The notes: generated by a model not told the origin, from the sequence alone. DNA of 64,000 nt from Patescibacteria group bacterium (GCA_049322215.1 JBMORU010000001.1:1046143-1110142), one strand, 5' to 3'. Counted from the first letter of the stretch, positions 10,050-20,255 are shown. Program-made: numbers and translations.

Positions 10050-11438
10050 CTAATCAAGTTTGCGTTTTATTCTGTAATTATCTGTAGTGTCTTCAACATA
10101 AAACCCTAACTCTTCTATTTCACGTCTAACTGTATCAGCTTTGTCCCAAATACCACTTTTTTTATATGTCCAGCGTATTTTAGCTAAATCAATAACCTTT
10201 TGAGGTAAATCAAACCCTACGTATTCGTCTAAGTTAAGTCCAAGAACCTCATCAAATTTTAACAGCGTGACAATTTTTGAAGCTTCCGGAATGTCACTTT
10301 TTATCATATCCCACATAACTGCTAATGCTTTGGGTGTATTTAAATCATCATCTAGTGTGTGTTTAAATTGCTCTAAATAATCTATAGCTTCTACAGCATC
10401 TTCATCTTCTTGAAAGCTACTGACTAAATCGTAAAGCTTTCTTAAAGCATTTTGAGCCCCCTGAAGTGCCTGAAAAGTGAAATTTAGTTTGCTTCTATAA
10501 TGTGCCGATAAATAAAAATATCTAAGAGCTAAAGGCTCAAAAGACTTTGCCTCTAAGTCGGATAAAGTGTAAGCATTACCTAAGCTTTTTCCCATACGGC
10601 CACCGTCAACTTGCAAATGAGATACATGCATAAAGTAATTCACAAATCTTTTTCCGGTAGCACATTCACTTTGCGCCATTTCGTTAGGATGATGAATCAT
10701 TTTGTGATCCTCTCCACCCATATGAATATCAATTGTTTCCCCAAGCTCTTTTAATATCATGGCACTACACTCAGCATGCCAACCAGGAAATCCTCTACCC
10801 CAAGGAGAGTCCCATTCTTGCCAGCGCATTTGATCTAAAGGGGAAAACTTCCAAAGCGCAAAATCTGTAGGGTTTTTCTTTTCTGCGTTAGGCTCTACAC
10901 GGGCACCTTCTAAAACGTTTTCAGAAGTCAAACCTGACATTAAACCATAACTTTTGTATTTAGAGGTGTCAAAGTATATTCCGTCAGAAATTTTATAAGT
11001 AAAGCCACGTTTCTCTAGGGTTTTTACTAAGTCAATTTGTTCTTGAATATACTCGGAAGCTTTTGTAAATTTTTCAGGTTTTTGTAAATTTAATTTTTCA
11101 AAATCTTCTAAAAATACTCTTGTGTAGTAGTTAGAAATATCTTTAACGCTCTTACCTTCTCTTTCGGCAGCCATCTCCATGCGATCTACACCGGTATCAG
11201 CGTCTCCCTGATTATCTCCAGTTAAATGTCCAACATCCGTTAAGTTCATTATGAATCGCACGTTGTAGTCATTAAACTTTAGAGTACGTAAAACTAAATC
11301 GCTTACAGCAAATGTCCTAAAGTTACCTATATGTTGAAAATCGTAAACTGTAGGTCCACACGTATACATAGTAACCAACTCGGGGCTTATAGGTTTAAAA
11401 TCTTCAACTTTTTTTGATAGTGAGTTAAATACTTTCAT
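10050..11438 (-). CDS. cysS: Cysteine--tRNA ligase
   Basis: MYTCGPTVYD, HIGN, PGWHAECSAM, RMGKSLGN. Confidence 0.98.
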   Translation of the reverse strand: MKVFNSLSKKVEDFKPISPELVTMYTCGPTVYDFQHIGNFRTFAVSDLVLRTLKFNDYNVRFIMNLTDVGHLTGDNQGDADTGVDRMEMAAEREGKSVKDISNYYTRVFLEDFEKLNLQKPEKFTKASEYIQEQIDLVKTLEKRGFTYKISDGIYFDTSKYKSYGLMSGLTSENVLEGARVEPNAEKKNPTDFALWKFSPLDQMRWQEWDSPWGRGFPGWHAECSAMILKELGETIDIHMGGEDHKMIHHPNEMAQSECATGKRFVNYFMHVSHLQVDGGRMGKSLGNAYTLSDLEAKSFEPLALRYFYLSAHYRSKLNFTFQALQGAQNALRKLYDLVSSFQEDEDAVEAIDYLEQFKHTLDDDLNTPKALAVMWDMIKSDIPEASKIVTLLKFDEVLGLNLDEYVGFDLPQKVIDLAKIRWTYKKSGIWDKADTVRREIEELGFYVEDTTDNYRIKRKLD

Positions 11439-11549
11439 AACAGAATATGCAGAGGTATTGTAGCACGTTTTACTGTAAGAAAATGTACAATTTAATTTTT
11501 ACATATGTTGAGTCAATTGGATGTACGTAACACTATGGGATATAAGAAT

Positions 11550-12203
11550 CTAAAAGTTAGAACGGCCTTCTAAAGCTCTACTTAAAGTAATATCATCAGC
11601 ATACTCAATATCGCCACCAACAGGTAACCCACGTGCTATACGAGTAATTTTAACCTTATCTGCATAGCCACTATCATTTATGAGTTTTGAAATATACATG
11701 GCTGTAGATTCGCCTTCCATGCTGGTATTTGTTGCTAAAATAACTTCAACCTGGATATCTGAGTTTAAAGCTACATCTAAAAAGTCATTATGTGCATCTC
11801 CAAAAAAGTCTTTTAAACGATCAAGTAAATCCTGTATAAAAATTTCATCCGGACCTATGTTATTTAGTGGGTTAATTACCCCATGCAATACGTGATACAT
11901 ACCTTTATAACCTGTTTTTTCAAAGGCTAAAACATCTAGAGGGCTTGAAACAACAACTATTTGTCGAGAATTACGTCTTGAATCTGAGCAAATGCTGCAG
12001 GGGTCTTTGTCATCAACTGTCTTACATATAGAACAAAAAACTGTTCCCTTTTTTAAGTTTATAAGAGCTTCAGCAAAATTCTCTAACTCTTCTTGTGGAA
12101 AATTCAATAAGTGAAAAACTAAACGTTGTGCTGTTTTTGGACCAATGCCGGGTAAACGTTCAAAGGCGTCTATTAATTTAGAAATAGGTTTCGGAAGTCG
12201 CAT
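11550..12203 (-). CDS. recR: Recombination mediator RecR
   Basis: LPGIGPKTAQRL, C4 zinc finger, RIARGLPVGGDIEYAD. Confidence 0.98.
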   Translation of the reverse strand: MRLPKPISKLIDAFERLPGIGPKTAQRLVFHLLNFPQEELENFAEALINLKKGTVFCSICKTVDDKDPCSICSDSRRNSRQIVVVSSPLDVLAFEKTGYKGMYHVLHGVINPLNNIGPDEIFIQDLLDRLKDFFGDAHNDFLDVALNSDIQVEVILATNTSMEGESTAMYISKLINDSGYADKVKITRIARGLPVGGDIEYADDITLSRALEGRSNF

Positions 12204-12246
12204 TTGTTGATTGTAGGATGTGACCCATATAGGGTCAAGCCACTGT

Positions 12247-12301
12247 TGATGTATCTATGCTATAGGGTTATAATAGACCTCAATACAAATAGTAAGGAGA
12301 T
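12247..12301 (+). promoter_or_regulatory. Sigma70-type promoter with CTATAGG motif in the spacer, plus SD
   Basis: TTGATG-17 nt (tatctatgctatagggt)-TATAAT; TAAGGAGAT before ATG 12307. Confidence 0.6.
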
Positions 12302-12306
12302 GCATC

Positions 12307-12609
12307 ATGAACAACATAATGAGAGACAGAATCGCTGCAGAAGTGAAAAGGTTGCAAAAAGAAAAGCTAGATTTTCCACTAGAATGGCTTGATGAAATTT
12401 TTCGCCGGCTTAAACCCAACGAACAACAAGTTTTAAAGTTAGCGTACGGCACTGAAGTGATTTTAAGCAACGCTGAGGTAGCTAAAATTTCAACGCTAAA
12501 CGTCACGGCAACTCGTATAGGGCAGATAAAAAAGAACGCTTTAAAAAAATTTGCTCCGGCAATTGCAGTTCGCCTACACGATGAAAAAAAGAAAAAAGGC
12601 AAAAGCTAA
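12307..12609 (+). CDS. Stand-alone sigma-70 region 4-like HTH protein
   Basis: LKPNEQQVLKLAYG...SNAEVAK...VTATRIGQIKKNALKK. Confidence 0.75.
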   Translation: MNNIMRDRIAAEVKRLQKEKLDFPLEWLDEIFRRLKPNEQQVLKLAYGTEVILSNAEVAKISTLNVTATRIGQIKKNALKKFAPAIAVRLHDEKKKKGKS

Positions 12610-12639
12610 AGAAATAATCAAAACGTAAATTCAAATAAC

Positions 12640-12683
12640 GCCAGTGCTTAGTTAAAAAACAAACTAGGTTCTGGCTTTTTTTA
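12640..12683 (+). terminator. Hairpin terminator
   Basis: GCCAG-TGCTTAGTT / AACTAGGTT-CTGGC followed by T7. Confidence 0.7.
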
Positions 12684-12686
12684 TAC

Positions 12687-14261
12687 CTAAAGAGGCAATC
12701 CCCCATCAAACATTTCTAAAATATTCCCATCTGAAGGTACATCATTAGCCCCCGCAGGAACAGAAATATTTAAGTCTGTTAACTCTCCAGTTTCTTTAGG
12801 ATTTTTTGGCTTAGATTTAATTTCACCCAAAGTACAGCTAATACTCAAACTTGGATCTTCCATAACTTCTCGTAAAACAGATTCAACTACATCTCTATTT
12901 TTAGGAGATTCAATTCTCTCTTTATGAAACGAATAAGCCACTTCTAACACTAGCGTGTTGTCTTCAAGTAACTCAAGAGGTGTGGCTGCTTTAAGCAAAG
13001 CTTGAATTGAGTGATTGTAATCTTTGGTTCCTTTTACAACTATAGCCCATTTCTGAGTAATTCTATCTAAAGTAGAATTTCCCGACGCACTTACTTTTGA
13101 GTTAGACGATTGACTGCTTTTTTTATTATGTGAAGAAGTTGAAGGCTTACCGCCTGATGTAGGTCCTACCCCATTCTTCTTACCACCCACAAGGCTCTGA
13201 GGCCCGCTAGAATCACACAAAGATATAACAGCTAACTCCAAGGGTAGCTGCGGAATAACAGCACCTTTAATAGCGTTTTGAGCATGCATAAAGTCTTCTA
13301 TTATTTTCACCAGCTCTAAGGGCTCAAATTTGCATGCTTGCTCTTCCATTTGGGCAAATTGATCTTCAGTAACGTCTAGTAAACCCTCGTGAGCTTCCGA
13401 AGCGATGAAAAGTAAATCTCGCAAATATTTAATGAATTCCATAGTCCAAACGTACAAATCAATACCATCTTCGTATAAATTATTTATTTTATGAAGTGCA
13501 CTATGAGAATCATAAATTTGAATATAGTCTAAAAACTCTATAAAACTGTTTTTATCTGTAGTGCCAAGCAAAGATTCAACATCTAAACTACCTTCAATAA
13601 CCTGTTGCAATAGTGTTTCTGCATCTCTATAACCTCCTAAAGAAGCTCGAGCTATTTGGGTCAAAGCTTCGTCTGAAACCTTTGCTTTTTCCTGCTTACA
13701 TATATCTTTCAACTTTGTAACTAGCTGTTGAATAGAAGCACGTTTAAAACTAAAAACCTGACAACGTGACTTTATAGTATCCGGAACTTTATGCGCTTCA
13801 GTTGTGCATAATATAAAATTACTGTGTGCAGGAGGTTCTTCCAAGGTTTTTAACAAGGCGTTAAAAGCTTCTGTAGTAAGCATATGAACCTCATCTACTA
13901 TGTACACTTTTTGTTTACCAGATGAAGGAGAAAGCTTTATTTTCTCCCTTAAATCCCTTATATCATCAATTCCTCTATTGCTCGCAGCATCAATTTCAAT
14001 TAAATCTAAGAAAGAACCTGTAGAAATAGACTTACAAATATCACAAGTCCCGCAAGGATCACCTTTTTCATCAACATTTAAACAATTTAAAGCCTTAGCA
14101 AGAATACGTGCCGTAGTTGTTTTGCCGGTTCCTCGAGGGCCAATAAATAAATAAGCGTGTGCCACTTTATTTGACTTAACTTGTTGCATCAAAGCTTCAG
14201 CCACCGTATTGGGTTTAGAAATTTCACTAAATTTTTGAGGTCTATACTTTGTATAAAACAT
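12687..14261 (-). CDS. dnaX: DNA polymerase III subunit gamma/tau
   Basis: KYRPQ, GPRGTGKTT, EIDAASNRGID, DEVHML, TIKSRC. Confidence 0.98.
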   Translation of the reverse strand: MFYTKYRPQKFSEISKPNTVAEALMQQVKSNKVAHAYLFIGPRGTGKTTTARILAKALNCLNVDEKGDPCGTCDICKSISTGSFLDLIEIDAASNRGIDDIRDLREKIKLSPSSGKQKVYIVDEVHMLTTEAFNALLKTLEEPPAHSNFILCTTEAHKVPDTIKSRCQVFSFKRASIQQLVTKLKDICKQEKAKVSDEALTQIARASLGGYRDAETLLQQVIEGSLDVESLLGTTDKNSFIEFLDYIQIYDSHSALHKINNLYEDGIDLYVWTMEFIKYLRDLLFIASEAHEGLLDVTEDQFAQMEEQACKFEPLELVKIIEDFMHAQNAIKGAVIPQLPLELAVISLCDSSGPQSLVGGKKNGVGPTSGGKPSTSSHNKKSSQSSNSKVSASGNSTLDRITQKWAIVVKGTKDYNHSIQALLKAATPLELLEDNTLVLEVAYSFHKERIESPKNRDVVESVLREVMEDPSLSISCTLGEIKSKPKNPKETGELTDLNISVPAGANDVPSDGNILEMFDGGLPL

Positions 14262-14584
14262 ATTTATTCAAGATATTTTCAAAAAAAACTAGACACAAAA
14301 AAGTGCTGTTCTTTTTTTAAAGTCCCAGCACAAGTTACTGGATAAAATCAGATTGAGGCAGTGTTAAAAGTATACGGGCACCAAACTGCTTATCAAGCAA
14401 TATATGTTTGAAAAAACAAAGTGTGCAAGATGCAACTTTCAGCTGCAAACACAGTACAATTTTACTTATGAGTGATTTGTTTAGTTGAAGATTGAATACA
14501 AACTGTTACTTATAGGTTAGAAAACGAATATGAATAATACTCATGCCTTTTGGAAACCTAGACTCCACGTGAAATACTAGAATT

Positions 14585-15103
14585 TTAACTTTGAAGAATT
14601 TGATTACCTAAATGCTTAAATATGTCATTAAGAACCAAAAGTTCGCTATTATTAAACTTACTCAAAACATAGTCGTGTACCTCGAATGCTTGTTCATTTG
14701 GTCTACCAACACCAATACGAATTCTCCAAAAGCTTTTCTCACTTAGCATCTGAATTATATCCTCTACCCCATGGTGCCCCGCAGCTCCCATATTTTTTTT
14801 ATAACGAATTTTTCCAAATTCTAAATCCACATCATCGTGAACTACTATCAAGTCGTTGAAATCAACTTTGTAAAAGTTAACTACTTTAGCTACACTTTCA
14901 CCTGATAAATTCATGTATGTCTGAGGTTTAACTAGTAAAACACTATTAGTTGAACTTTTTGCCACATATGCATTAAACTTTGAATCAAAACTCCAGGAAA
15001 CTTCCAAACTAGTGGCAAGGGTATCAACAAACATAAAACCCACATTGTGCCTTGTATTGTTATATTTTTCTCCGGGATTTCCTAATCCAACAATAATTTT
15101 CAC
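14585..15103 (-). CDS. pth: Peptidyl-tRNA hydrolase
   Basis: IVGLGNPG, TRHNVGF, KPQTYMNLSG, HDDVD. Confidence 0.97.
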   Translation of the reverse strand: MKIIVGLGNPGEKYNNTRHNVGFMFVDTLATSLEVSWSFDSKFNAYVAKSSTNSVLLVKPQTYMNLSGESVAKVVNFYKVDFNDLIVVHDDVDLEFGKIRYKKNMGAAGHHGVEDIIQMLSEKSFWRIRIGVGRPNEQAFEVHDYVLSKFNNSELLVLNDIFKHLGNQILQS

Positions 15104-15114
15104 AAATATCCTAA

Positions 15115-15426
15115 TTAATGATCATCACCATCGTGATGAACACCTAATAAATGAAGCATGCCATGTTCCACAAGCTCAGCTATCTCTTGTTCTAAATTAT
15201 TAGAATAAGTAGCCGCTTGCTCTTCTGCTTTGTCTATGTTCACAACAATGTCACCTAAATAATACTCTTCGGAAGATATTTCTTCATCAATATTAAAAGA
15301 TAAAACATCAGTAGGATAGTCACGATTTAAGTGCTGCTTATTTAAATCTTGAATAGCTTCGTTTTTAACCAAAGACACCGAAACTTGGATGTTTTTATAC
15401 TTTTTAAGTTTAAAAGTATTACTCAT
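15115..15426 (-). CDS. ybeY: rRNA maturation RNase YbeY, short form
   Basis: PTDVLSF, LGDIV, HGMLHLLGVHH. Confidence 0.93.
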   Translation of the reverse strand: MSNTFKLKKYKNIQVSVSLVKNEAIQDLNKQHLNRDYPTDVLSFNIDEEISSEEYYLGDIVVNIDKAEEQAATYSNNLEQEIAELVEHGMLHLLGVHHDGDDH

Positions 15427-15718
15427 TTTCTGGTAATAAACCTTGAAGTTCTTCTAGTATTTTAAGCTCGGAAGAAGCTTTTTCAGCTTGCTCTTCTCTA
15501 CCAGCAGTTGTATACATATCAACTTCGTAATTTCGTTGTTTTATTTGTTTTTTAATTACTTTTGCAATATCATCGTTTGTTAATTCACGATGCTCAGAGC
15601 GAAGTTCAATCTCTTTATTTTTAATTGCAGAAATTAAAAAACGCAAAACTGATACCCTAAGAGTATCTTTATCTTTTAACGCTTGAATTTGCTGCTTATT
15701 TAAATTGTCTAAAATCAT
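15419..15718 (-). CDS. GatB/YqeY domain protein, short form
   Basis: ALKDKD..RVSVLRFL.SAIKNKEIE, KQIKQR; follows rpsU. Confidence 0.88.
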   Translation of the reverse strand: MILDNLNKQQIQALKDKDTLRVSVLRFLISAIKNKEIELRSEHRELTNDDIAKVIKKQIKQRNYEVDMYTTAGREEQAEKASSELKILEELQGLLPENE

Positions 15719-15903
15719 CTGCGTCTTTCTAGAGCAATTTTTCTAGCTTTTTCTTCTAACTTGCGTTTTTTGATTTCACTAGGTTTCTCGTATCTTTCTC
15801 TACGCTTAAGTTCTTTTAAGATACCAGCACGATGCACTTCTCTATTAAAGCGTCTTAGTGCTTGTTCTAGTGATTCACCATGTCTAACTTTAATTTTCGT
15901 CAT
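15715..15903 (-). CDS. rpsU: 30S ribosomal protein S21
   Basis: ESLEQALRRF, RYEKPSEIKK; start moved to MTKIKVR. Confidence 0.95.
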   Translation of the reverse strand: MTKIKVRHGESLEQALRRFNREVHRAGILKELKRRERYEKPSEIKKRKLEEKARKIALERRR

Positions 15904-16003
15904 AGTGTCATACAAAGTCATTAATTTTAAATGACTTTTGTAGCTAAACACCTCCAAACCTATTAAGGCAGTTTATAACTGCAAAATGTAAATAATTAAT
16001 CCT

Positions 16004-16357
16004 TTACGTACTGCCACCGGGTTCTTCTTTAGTACCACCCAAAATGTGAAAATGCTCATGCTCAAAGTGATTGTAACCCGCACCATTATTAACTAATTTG
16101 TATCCCGTTTTATCTAAACCCAAATGTACTATTGTTTTATAAATAGCAGCAAACATTGTATCCCAATATTGCTCATTTTTAAAGGTGCCTGATATTGTAT
16201 CAGATTTTTCTTTGTGATGCTTTGAAAGTACTAATACATGTACAGGAGCCGTGGGAAATTTATTTTCAATAGCAATAAAATCTTCAAACTCCAAAACCAT
16301 TTTAGACGGCTCTTTACCCTGAGATATTGAACAAAACAAACAATAAGGATCATACAT
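16004..16357 (-). CDS. HIT family protein
   Basis: CLFC and HEHFHILGG; start at MYDPYC, 6 nt after TATACT. Confidence 0.9.
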   Translation of the reverse strand: MYDPYCLFCSISQGKEPSKMVLEFEDFIAIENKFPTAPVHVLVLSKHHKEKSDTISGTFKNEQYWDTMFAAIYKTIVHLGLDKTGYKLVNNGAGYNHFEHEHFHILGGTKEEPGGST

Positions 16358-16465
16358 AGTAAAAGTATATAAACCTGCTGTACAAAAGGCAACTAGAGTT
16401 AAACAAGAAAACACTACGCTAGTAAGAAAAAATCAATACCCCATATTTATTGCAAGTACAAGGTA

Positions 16466-17590
16466 TTATCCAAGCAAGTTTTTTACATCTCTAAATGTCA
16501 CCAATACCATTAAAGCCAACAATATAAGTATTCCCCACTTGTGCATTGCTGTTTCGACTTTTGCGCTAACACGTTTACCACCTCTTAGCATTTCAATTAG
16601 TACAAACAGCACTCTTCCACCATCAAGCGCAGGAAAAGGCATAAGATTTATAATTGCCAAACTTAGCGAAAGTAACGCAGTTAAGTCAATTAAACCCAAT
16701 ATTGCTTCTTTACCACTAAATCGCAAAATACTATCAACCACAGAAAATATACCTACTGGACCAGAAACACTTCCCGAAACAGGTTCTATACTTTTCTCTT
16801 CATACGAAACACCAACTAAACTTTTTAATGTAGAAAAAGTGTAAGACATAACATTGTATGAATGCGAAAATCCTGCAGTGAGTTTATTATCTGAGTAATC
16901 TAATACTATGGCACTGTTCAAAACAGTACCTAAAAATCCGGCACCATCTTCATTTGCCTGAGGCGTAATTTCTACTACACGCGTGGGACGGGATAAACGA
17001 CGGATATCCATTACTAAAAGCTTTACAGGAACATTAGCCTTATCTTCTAAGGCACCGCGCATATCAGCCACCGAATACACCGGAGTATTATCTATTTCTA
17101 TTATTGCTTCTCCAGAACTTAAACCAGAAGATTCTGCAGCAGACCCTTCTAAAAAGTCGGTAACAACGGTATTTATTTGCTCTGTTCTTCCATATTTAAA
17201 GCTATGATCAAAGAAAACAGGAAGAGCCAAAGATTTAAAACCAGTAACAAAAAAGAAAACATAGTATAAAAATATTGCTAAAGCGACATTCATAAATATT
17301 CCAGCTAGCAGTATTGATAAGCGTCTAACCGGAGATTTTGACATGAAATTATTTGGATCACTTGATTCCTCTAAATCCTCTTCGCCTGTTATACGAACAA
17401 ACCCACCAAAAGGAAGTAAATTTATTGTGTATTCTGTATCACCAAACTTTTTACCCCAAATTTTTGGCGGTAAACCGTAACCAAACTCTTCTACCTGAAC
17501 ATTATTTTTACGTGCAGCATAAAAATGGCCAAACTCGTGAACCAAAACTAGTACGGATAATATTATGATGAAAATTAATAAAGCAATCAT
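16466..17590 (-). CDS. rseP: M50 RIP metalloprotease with PDZ domain
   Basis: HEFGH, LPFGGFV, NLMPFPALDGG. Confidence 0.95.
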   Translation of the reverse strand: MIALLIFIIILSVLVLVHEFGHFYAARKNNVQVEEFGYGLPPKIWGKKFGDTEYTINLLPFGGFVRITGEEDLEESSDPNNFMSKSPVRRLSILLAGIFMNVALAIFLYYVFFFVTGFKSLALPVFFDHSFKYGRTEQINTVVTDFLEGSAAESSGLSSGEAIIEIDNTPVYSVADMRGALEDKANVPVKLLVMDIRRLSRPTRVVEITPQANEDGAGFLGTVLNSAIVLDYSDNKLTAGFSHSYNVMSYTFSTLKSLVGVSYEEKSIEPVSGSVSGPVGIFSVVDSILRFSGKEAILGLIDLTALLSLSLAIINLMPFPALDGGRVLFVLIEMLRGGKRVSAKVETAMHKWGILILLALMVLVTFRDVKNLLG

Positions 17591-17596
17591 TAGTGT

Positions 17597-18145
17597 TTAA
17601 ACCGTTAAAATATCTTTTTTCTTGGCTTCGCCTAAACTTTCAGCTTTTGATACATATTCTTTTACAACATCCTCTACTTCTTCACGCTGTGTAAACTTTT
17701 CATCCTCACCAATTAGTTTATCTGCATACTTTTTATCAATTGCCTTCATTGCATCCTGACGCACGTTTCTAATAGCCTGTTTACATTCTTCAACTTTAGA
17801 AGAAGCAATTTTCGCAAACTCTTTTCTACGTTCTTCGGTAAGTGACGGTATTGAAACTCGTACGATATCGCCATCTACAACAGGGTTTAAATTTAAGTCA
17901 GATTCCCGTATAGATTTTTCAATATTTTTAAGTAAAGATTTATCCCAAGGTGAAATTACCAACAGCTGTGAATCAGGTACCGTAACAGAACCTACTTCTT
18001 TAATAGTCATGTTAGCTCCATAAGCATTAACAGTTATGTTTTCTATTAACCCCGGCGTAGCACGACCTGTTCTAAGCTTTGTAAGCTCTTCAGATAAAAA
18101 CTCTATACTCGTATTTAATTTCTTTTTTAATTCCAAAGTTTGCAT
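17597..18145 (-). CDS. frr: Ribosome recycling factor
   Basis: LRTGRA, PSLTEERRKE, IRNVRQD. Confidence 0.97.
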   Translation of the reverse strand: MQTLELKKKLNTSIEFLSEELTKLRTGRATPGLIENITVNAYGANMTIKEVGSVTVPDSQLLVISPWDKSLLKNIEKSIRESDLNLNPVVDGDIVRVSIPSLTEERRKEFAKIASSKVEECKQAIRNVRQDAMKAIDKKYADKLIGEDEKFTQREEVEDVVKEYVSKAESLGEAKKKDILTV

Positions 18146-18165
18146 CTATGTGATTCTACCTTAAG

Positions 18166-19485
18166 TTATTTATTTCCTCCAGCGGGGATTCCATTAGGGA
18201 AAACATCTATTCCCTGCCCCGGATTATACCCACCTTTAGCAGCATTAAAGTAAGTACTTTCAGGAAGCATATAGCCAACCCCATCAGGAATAGCACCCAC
18301 AGGAATAGTTTTCATTCCTACCGCAGGTTCTACAACATTTGCATTTCTATAAGGATCTCTAACGCGCACATAACGTGACCCGTCAATTTCGGCAACTCCA
18401 TCAACAATTACATAATGATTAGGAACAGGACTACCTTCTGCGTTTGGGTAGTCATTATCTATTAGCACTACCAAAGGCCCGGCACCTTCCTGCGAAAAAT
18501 GATAATTAAGGTTATCGTACAAATGATAATTGTACCCGGTTGTTGCTTCAGAAAAACCACTCGCAGTTAAAACGTTATACAAATCACCCAATCTTACCTG
18601 AGAAGTCTCCCCATCAACTAAATAGCTGTAACTAGTTTCAACTAAATTTAATGCAAACTCAGGACTACTATAAGCATTAGAATTAAATTCTGCCAGCAAC
18701 ATAGCGGCAACGGCTAAACCACACTGACCAACATATTCCTGCTCTACGTAAGGCTTTTCATTTGGTCGAAGTGCTTCTGCATATACTTGCGCTTCATAGG
18801 TTTTTAAAGCTTCATCAAATTCAGGTTCGTCTACACTTGTTTCGGCAATTGAAGCAGTTTCTTGTGAGGAGGGCTCTTCTGCAAAACTTATTGTAGACAG
18901 TTCTTCTCCAGCTTCTTCTTCAACAGCTGCAGGTGGCGTTATTTCAGGTGCAAGTTGGGGAGATTTGACAGCACTTGTGGCGTAAATTTCATTGCTATTG
19001 GCAATGGCAGAAGGCTCTTCTTCAACTAAACTGGTTGTAGTAGGATTAGTAAACTCTTCTAAAGCAGCTTGCTCGGGAGAAACCGCATTACCCCCACAAG
19101 CAGATGTGAAAAGTGCAACTCCAGCCATTAAGCTTAAAGTCACTTTTTGTTTAAAGTTTCCAATTGTTGTAGAACGCGAGGATAAAGTAGTTGCTGTTGC
19201 CAATGCGGAATATTTTGCCTCTTCCACCGTTTCTTTTGAAACTAAGCCTGTTTGAATATCTTCGTTCATTTGTGACGAAATGGCGTCTTCTAACTGAGGT
19301 ATGCCCCTATTTATTTCGTCTACTATAATATCGGCATTTTTACCTGCTTCACTTGGGTGTATTTTGGCAATAGCCTCAGAGTCTACTTGTGCAAAAAAGG
19401 CTTGAGCCATTTCTTCAGTAGACACAGGGTCTAAAGCATAAATTAAAGTTTCTTGTGTATCATATGGAGGCATTTTTTCACTCAT
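18166..19485 (-). CDS. Membrane-anchored protein with C39-like (papain-fold) peptidase domain
   Basis: Q-x5-C (QEYVGQCG), HYVIVDG, VRVRDP; internal hydrophobic LMAGVALFTSAC; acidic linker. Confidence 0.7.
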   Translation of the reverse strand: MSEKMPPYDTQETLIYALDPVSTEEMAQAFFAQVDSEAIAKIHPSEAGKNADIIVDEINRGIPQLEDAISSQMNEDIQTGLVSKETVEEAKYSALATATTLSSRSTTIGNFKQKVTLSLMAGVALFTSACGGNAVSPEQAALEEFTNPTTTSLVEEEPSAIANSNEIYATSAVKSPQLAPEITPPAAVEEEAGEELSTISFAEEPSSQETASIAETSVDEPEFDEALKTYEAQVYAEALRPNEKPYVEQEYVGQCGLAVAAMLLAEFNSNAYSSPEFALNLVETSYSYLVDGETSQVRLGDLYNVLTASGFSEATTGYNYHLYDNLNYHFSQEGAGPLVVLIDNDYPNAEGSPVPNHYVIVDGVAEIDGSRYVRVRDPYRNANVVEPAVGMKTIPVGAIPDGVGYMLPESTYFNAAKGGYNPGQGIDVFPNGIPAGGNK

Positions 19486-19750
19486 GAGTCACCTTTAAAC
19501 TATTTAATAACTCATTTTTTAACAACGTATCAAAATTGGGTATTCTAAGATAAATAAGATCCTCAAGAGATTTATAATCCTTTTTTGCGGCTAATTCGTA
19601 AAAGATTTTTCTAGCGTCATCTTCAAAGTGACTTAAAGCAAAGTTAAATGCAAAAAGATTAATATAACGATCTATAGAAGCATCTGCAACTTTAAAATGC
19701 TTTGCTAATTCTTCCTTTACTAATTCTGAGTTAGGTTTGGAGGCAGACAT
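19478..19750 (-). CDS. Small helical hypothetical protein
   Basis: 90-aa ORF overlapping the start of the next gene. Confidence 0.7.
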   Translation of the reverse strand: MSASKPNSELVKEELAKHFKVADASIDRYINLFAFNFALSHFEDDARKIFYELAAKKDYKSLEDLIYLRIPNFDTLLKNELLNSLKVTHE

Positions 19751-19770
19751 TTAATTAAAATAATACCAAA

Positions 19771-20229
19771 TTAGTCTCTAATAGAGAATCTAACGGCGTT
19801 TCTTAATTCAATGTTTTCACCAAGCTTTGCAATTGTTTCGGCAATTAAATCAGAAATAGTTTTACTTGAATCACGCATGTACTCTGCTTTTAACAAATCT
19901 TCAACGTCTTGAGATTCTTCAGTACATACCTGCATTGCAATTTCTTTACATAAATTCTGAAAATCATCTGTTTTTGCAACAAAATCGGTTTCACATGCTA
20001 AGTGAATCATACTACCTACTTTCCCACCGGCATGTATATAAGAGAAAATTAGCCCGTCTGAAGCTTCACGCTCTGATTTTTTTGCAGCTTTAGCCAAACC
20101 CTTTTTCATTAATTCTGCTTTGGCCTTTTCAACATCTCCGTTGAATTCTTCTAGCACTTGCTTTACATCCATTACACCCGCACCGGTTTCTTCTCTAATC
20201 TGTTTAATTTTTTCGACATCAATTGACAT
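19771..20229 (-). CDS. tsf: Elongation factor Ts, short form
   Basis: IREETGAGVMD, CETDFVA, AKLGENI. Confidence 0.96.
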   Translation of the reverse strand: MSIDVEKIKQIREETGAGVMDVKQVLEEFNGDVEKAKAELMKKGLAKAAKKSEREASDGLIFSYIHAGGKVGSMIHLACETDFVAKTDDFQNLCKEIAMQVCTEESQDVEDLLKAEYMRDSSKTISDLIAETIAKLGENIELRNAVRFSIRD

Positions 20230-20255
20230 AGTTTCTCCTCAAAATTAACTAATTA

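Noticed and set aside
12255-12602. 115-aa minus ORF between dnaX and recR as ybaB
   Set aside because: No YbaB resemblance; antisense to the sigma4-like gene that has expression signals.
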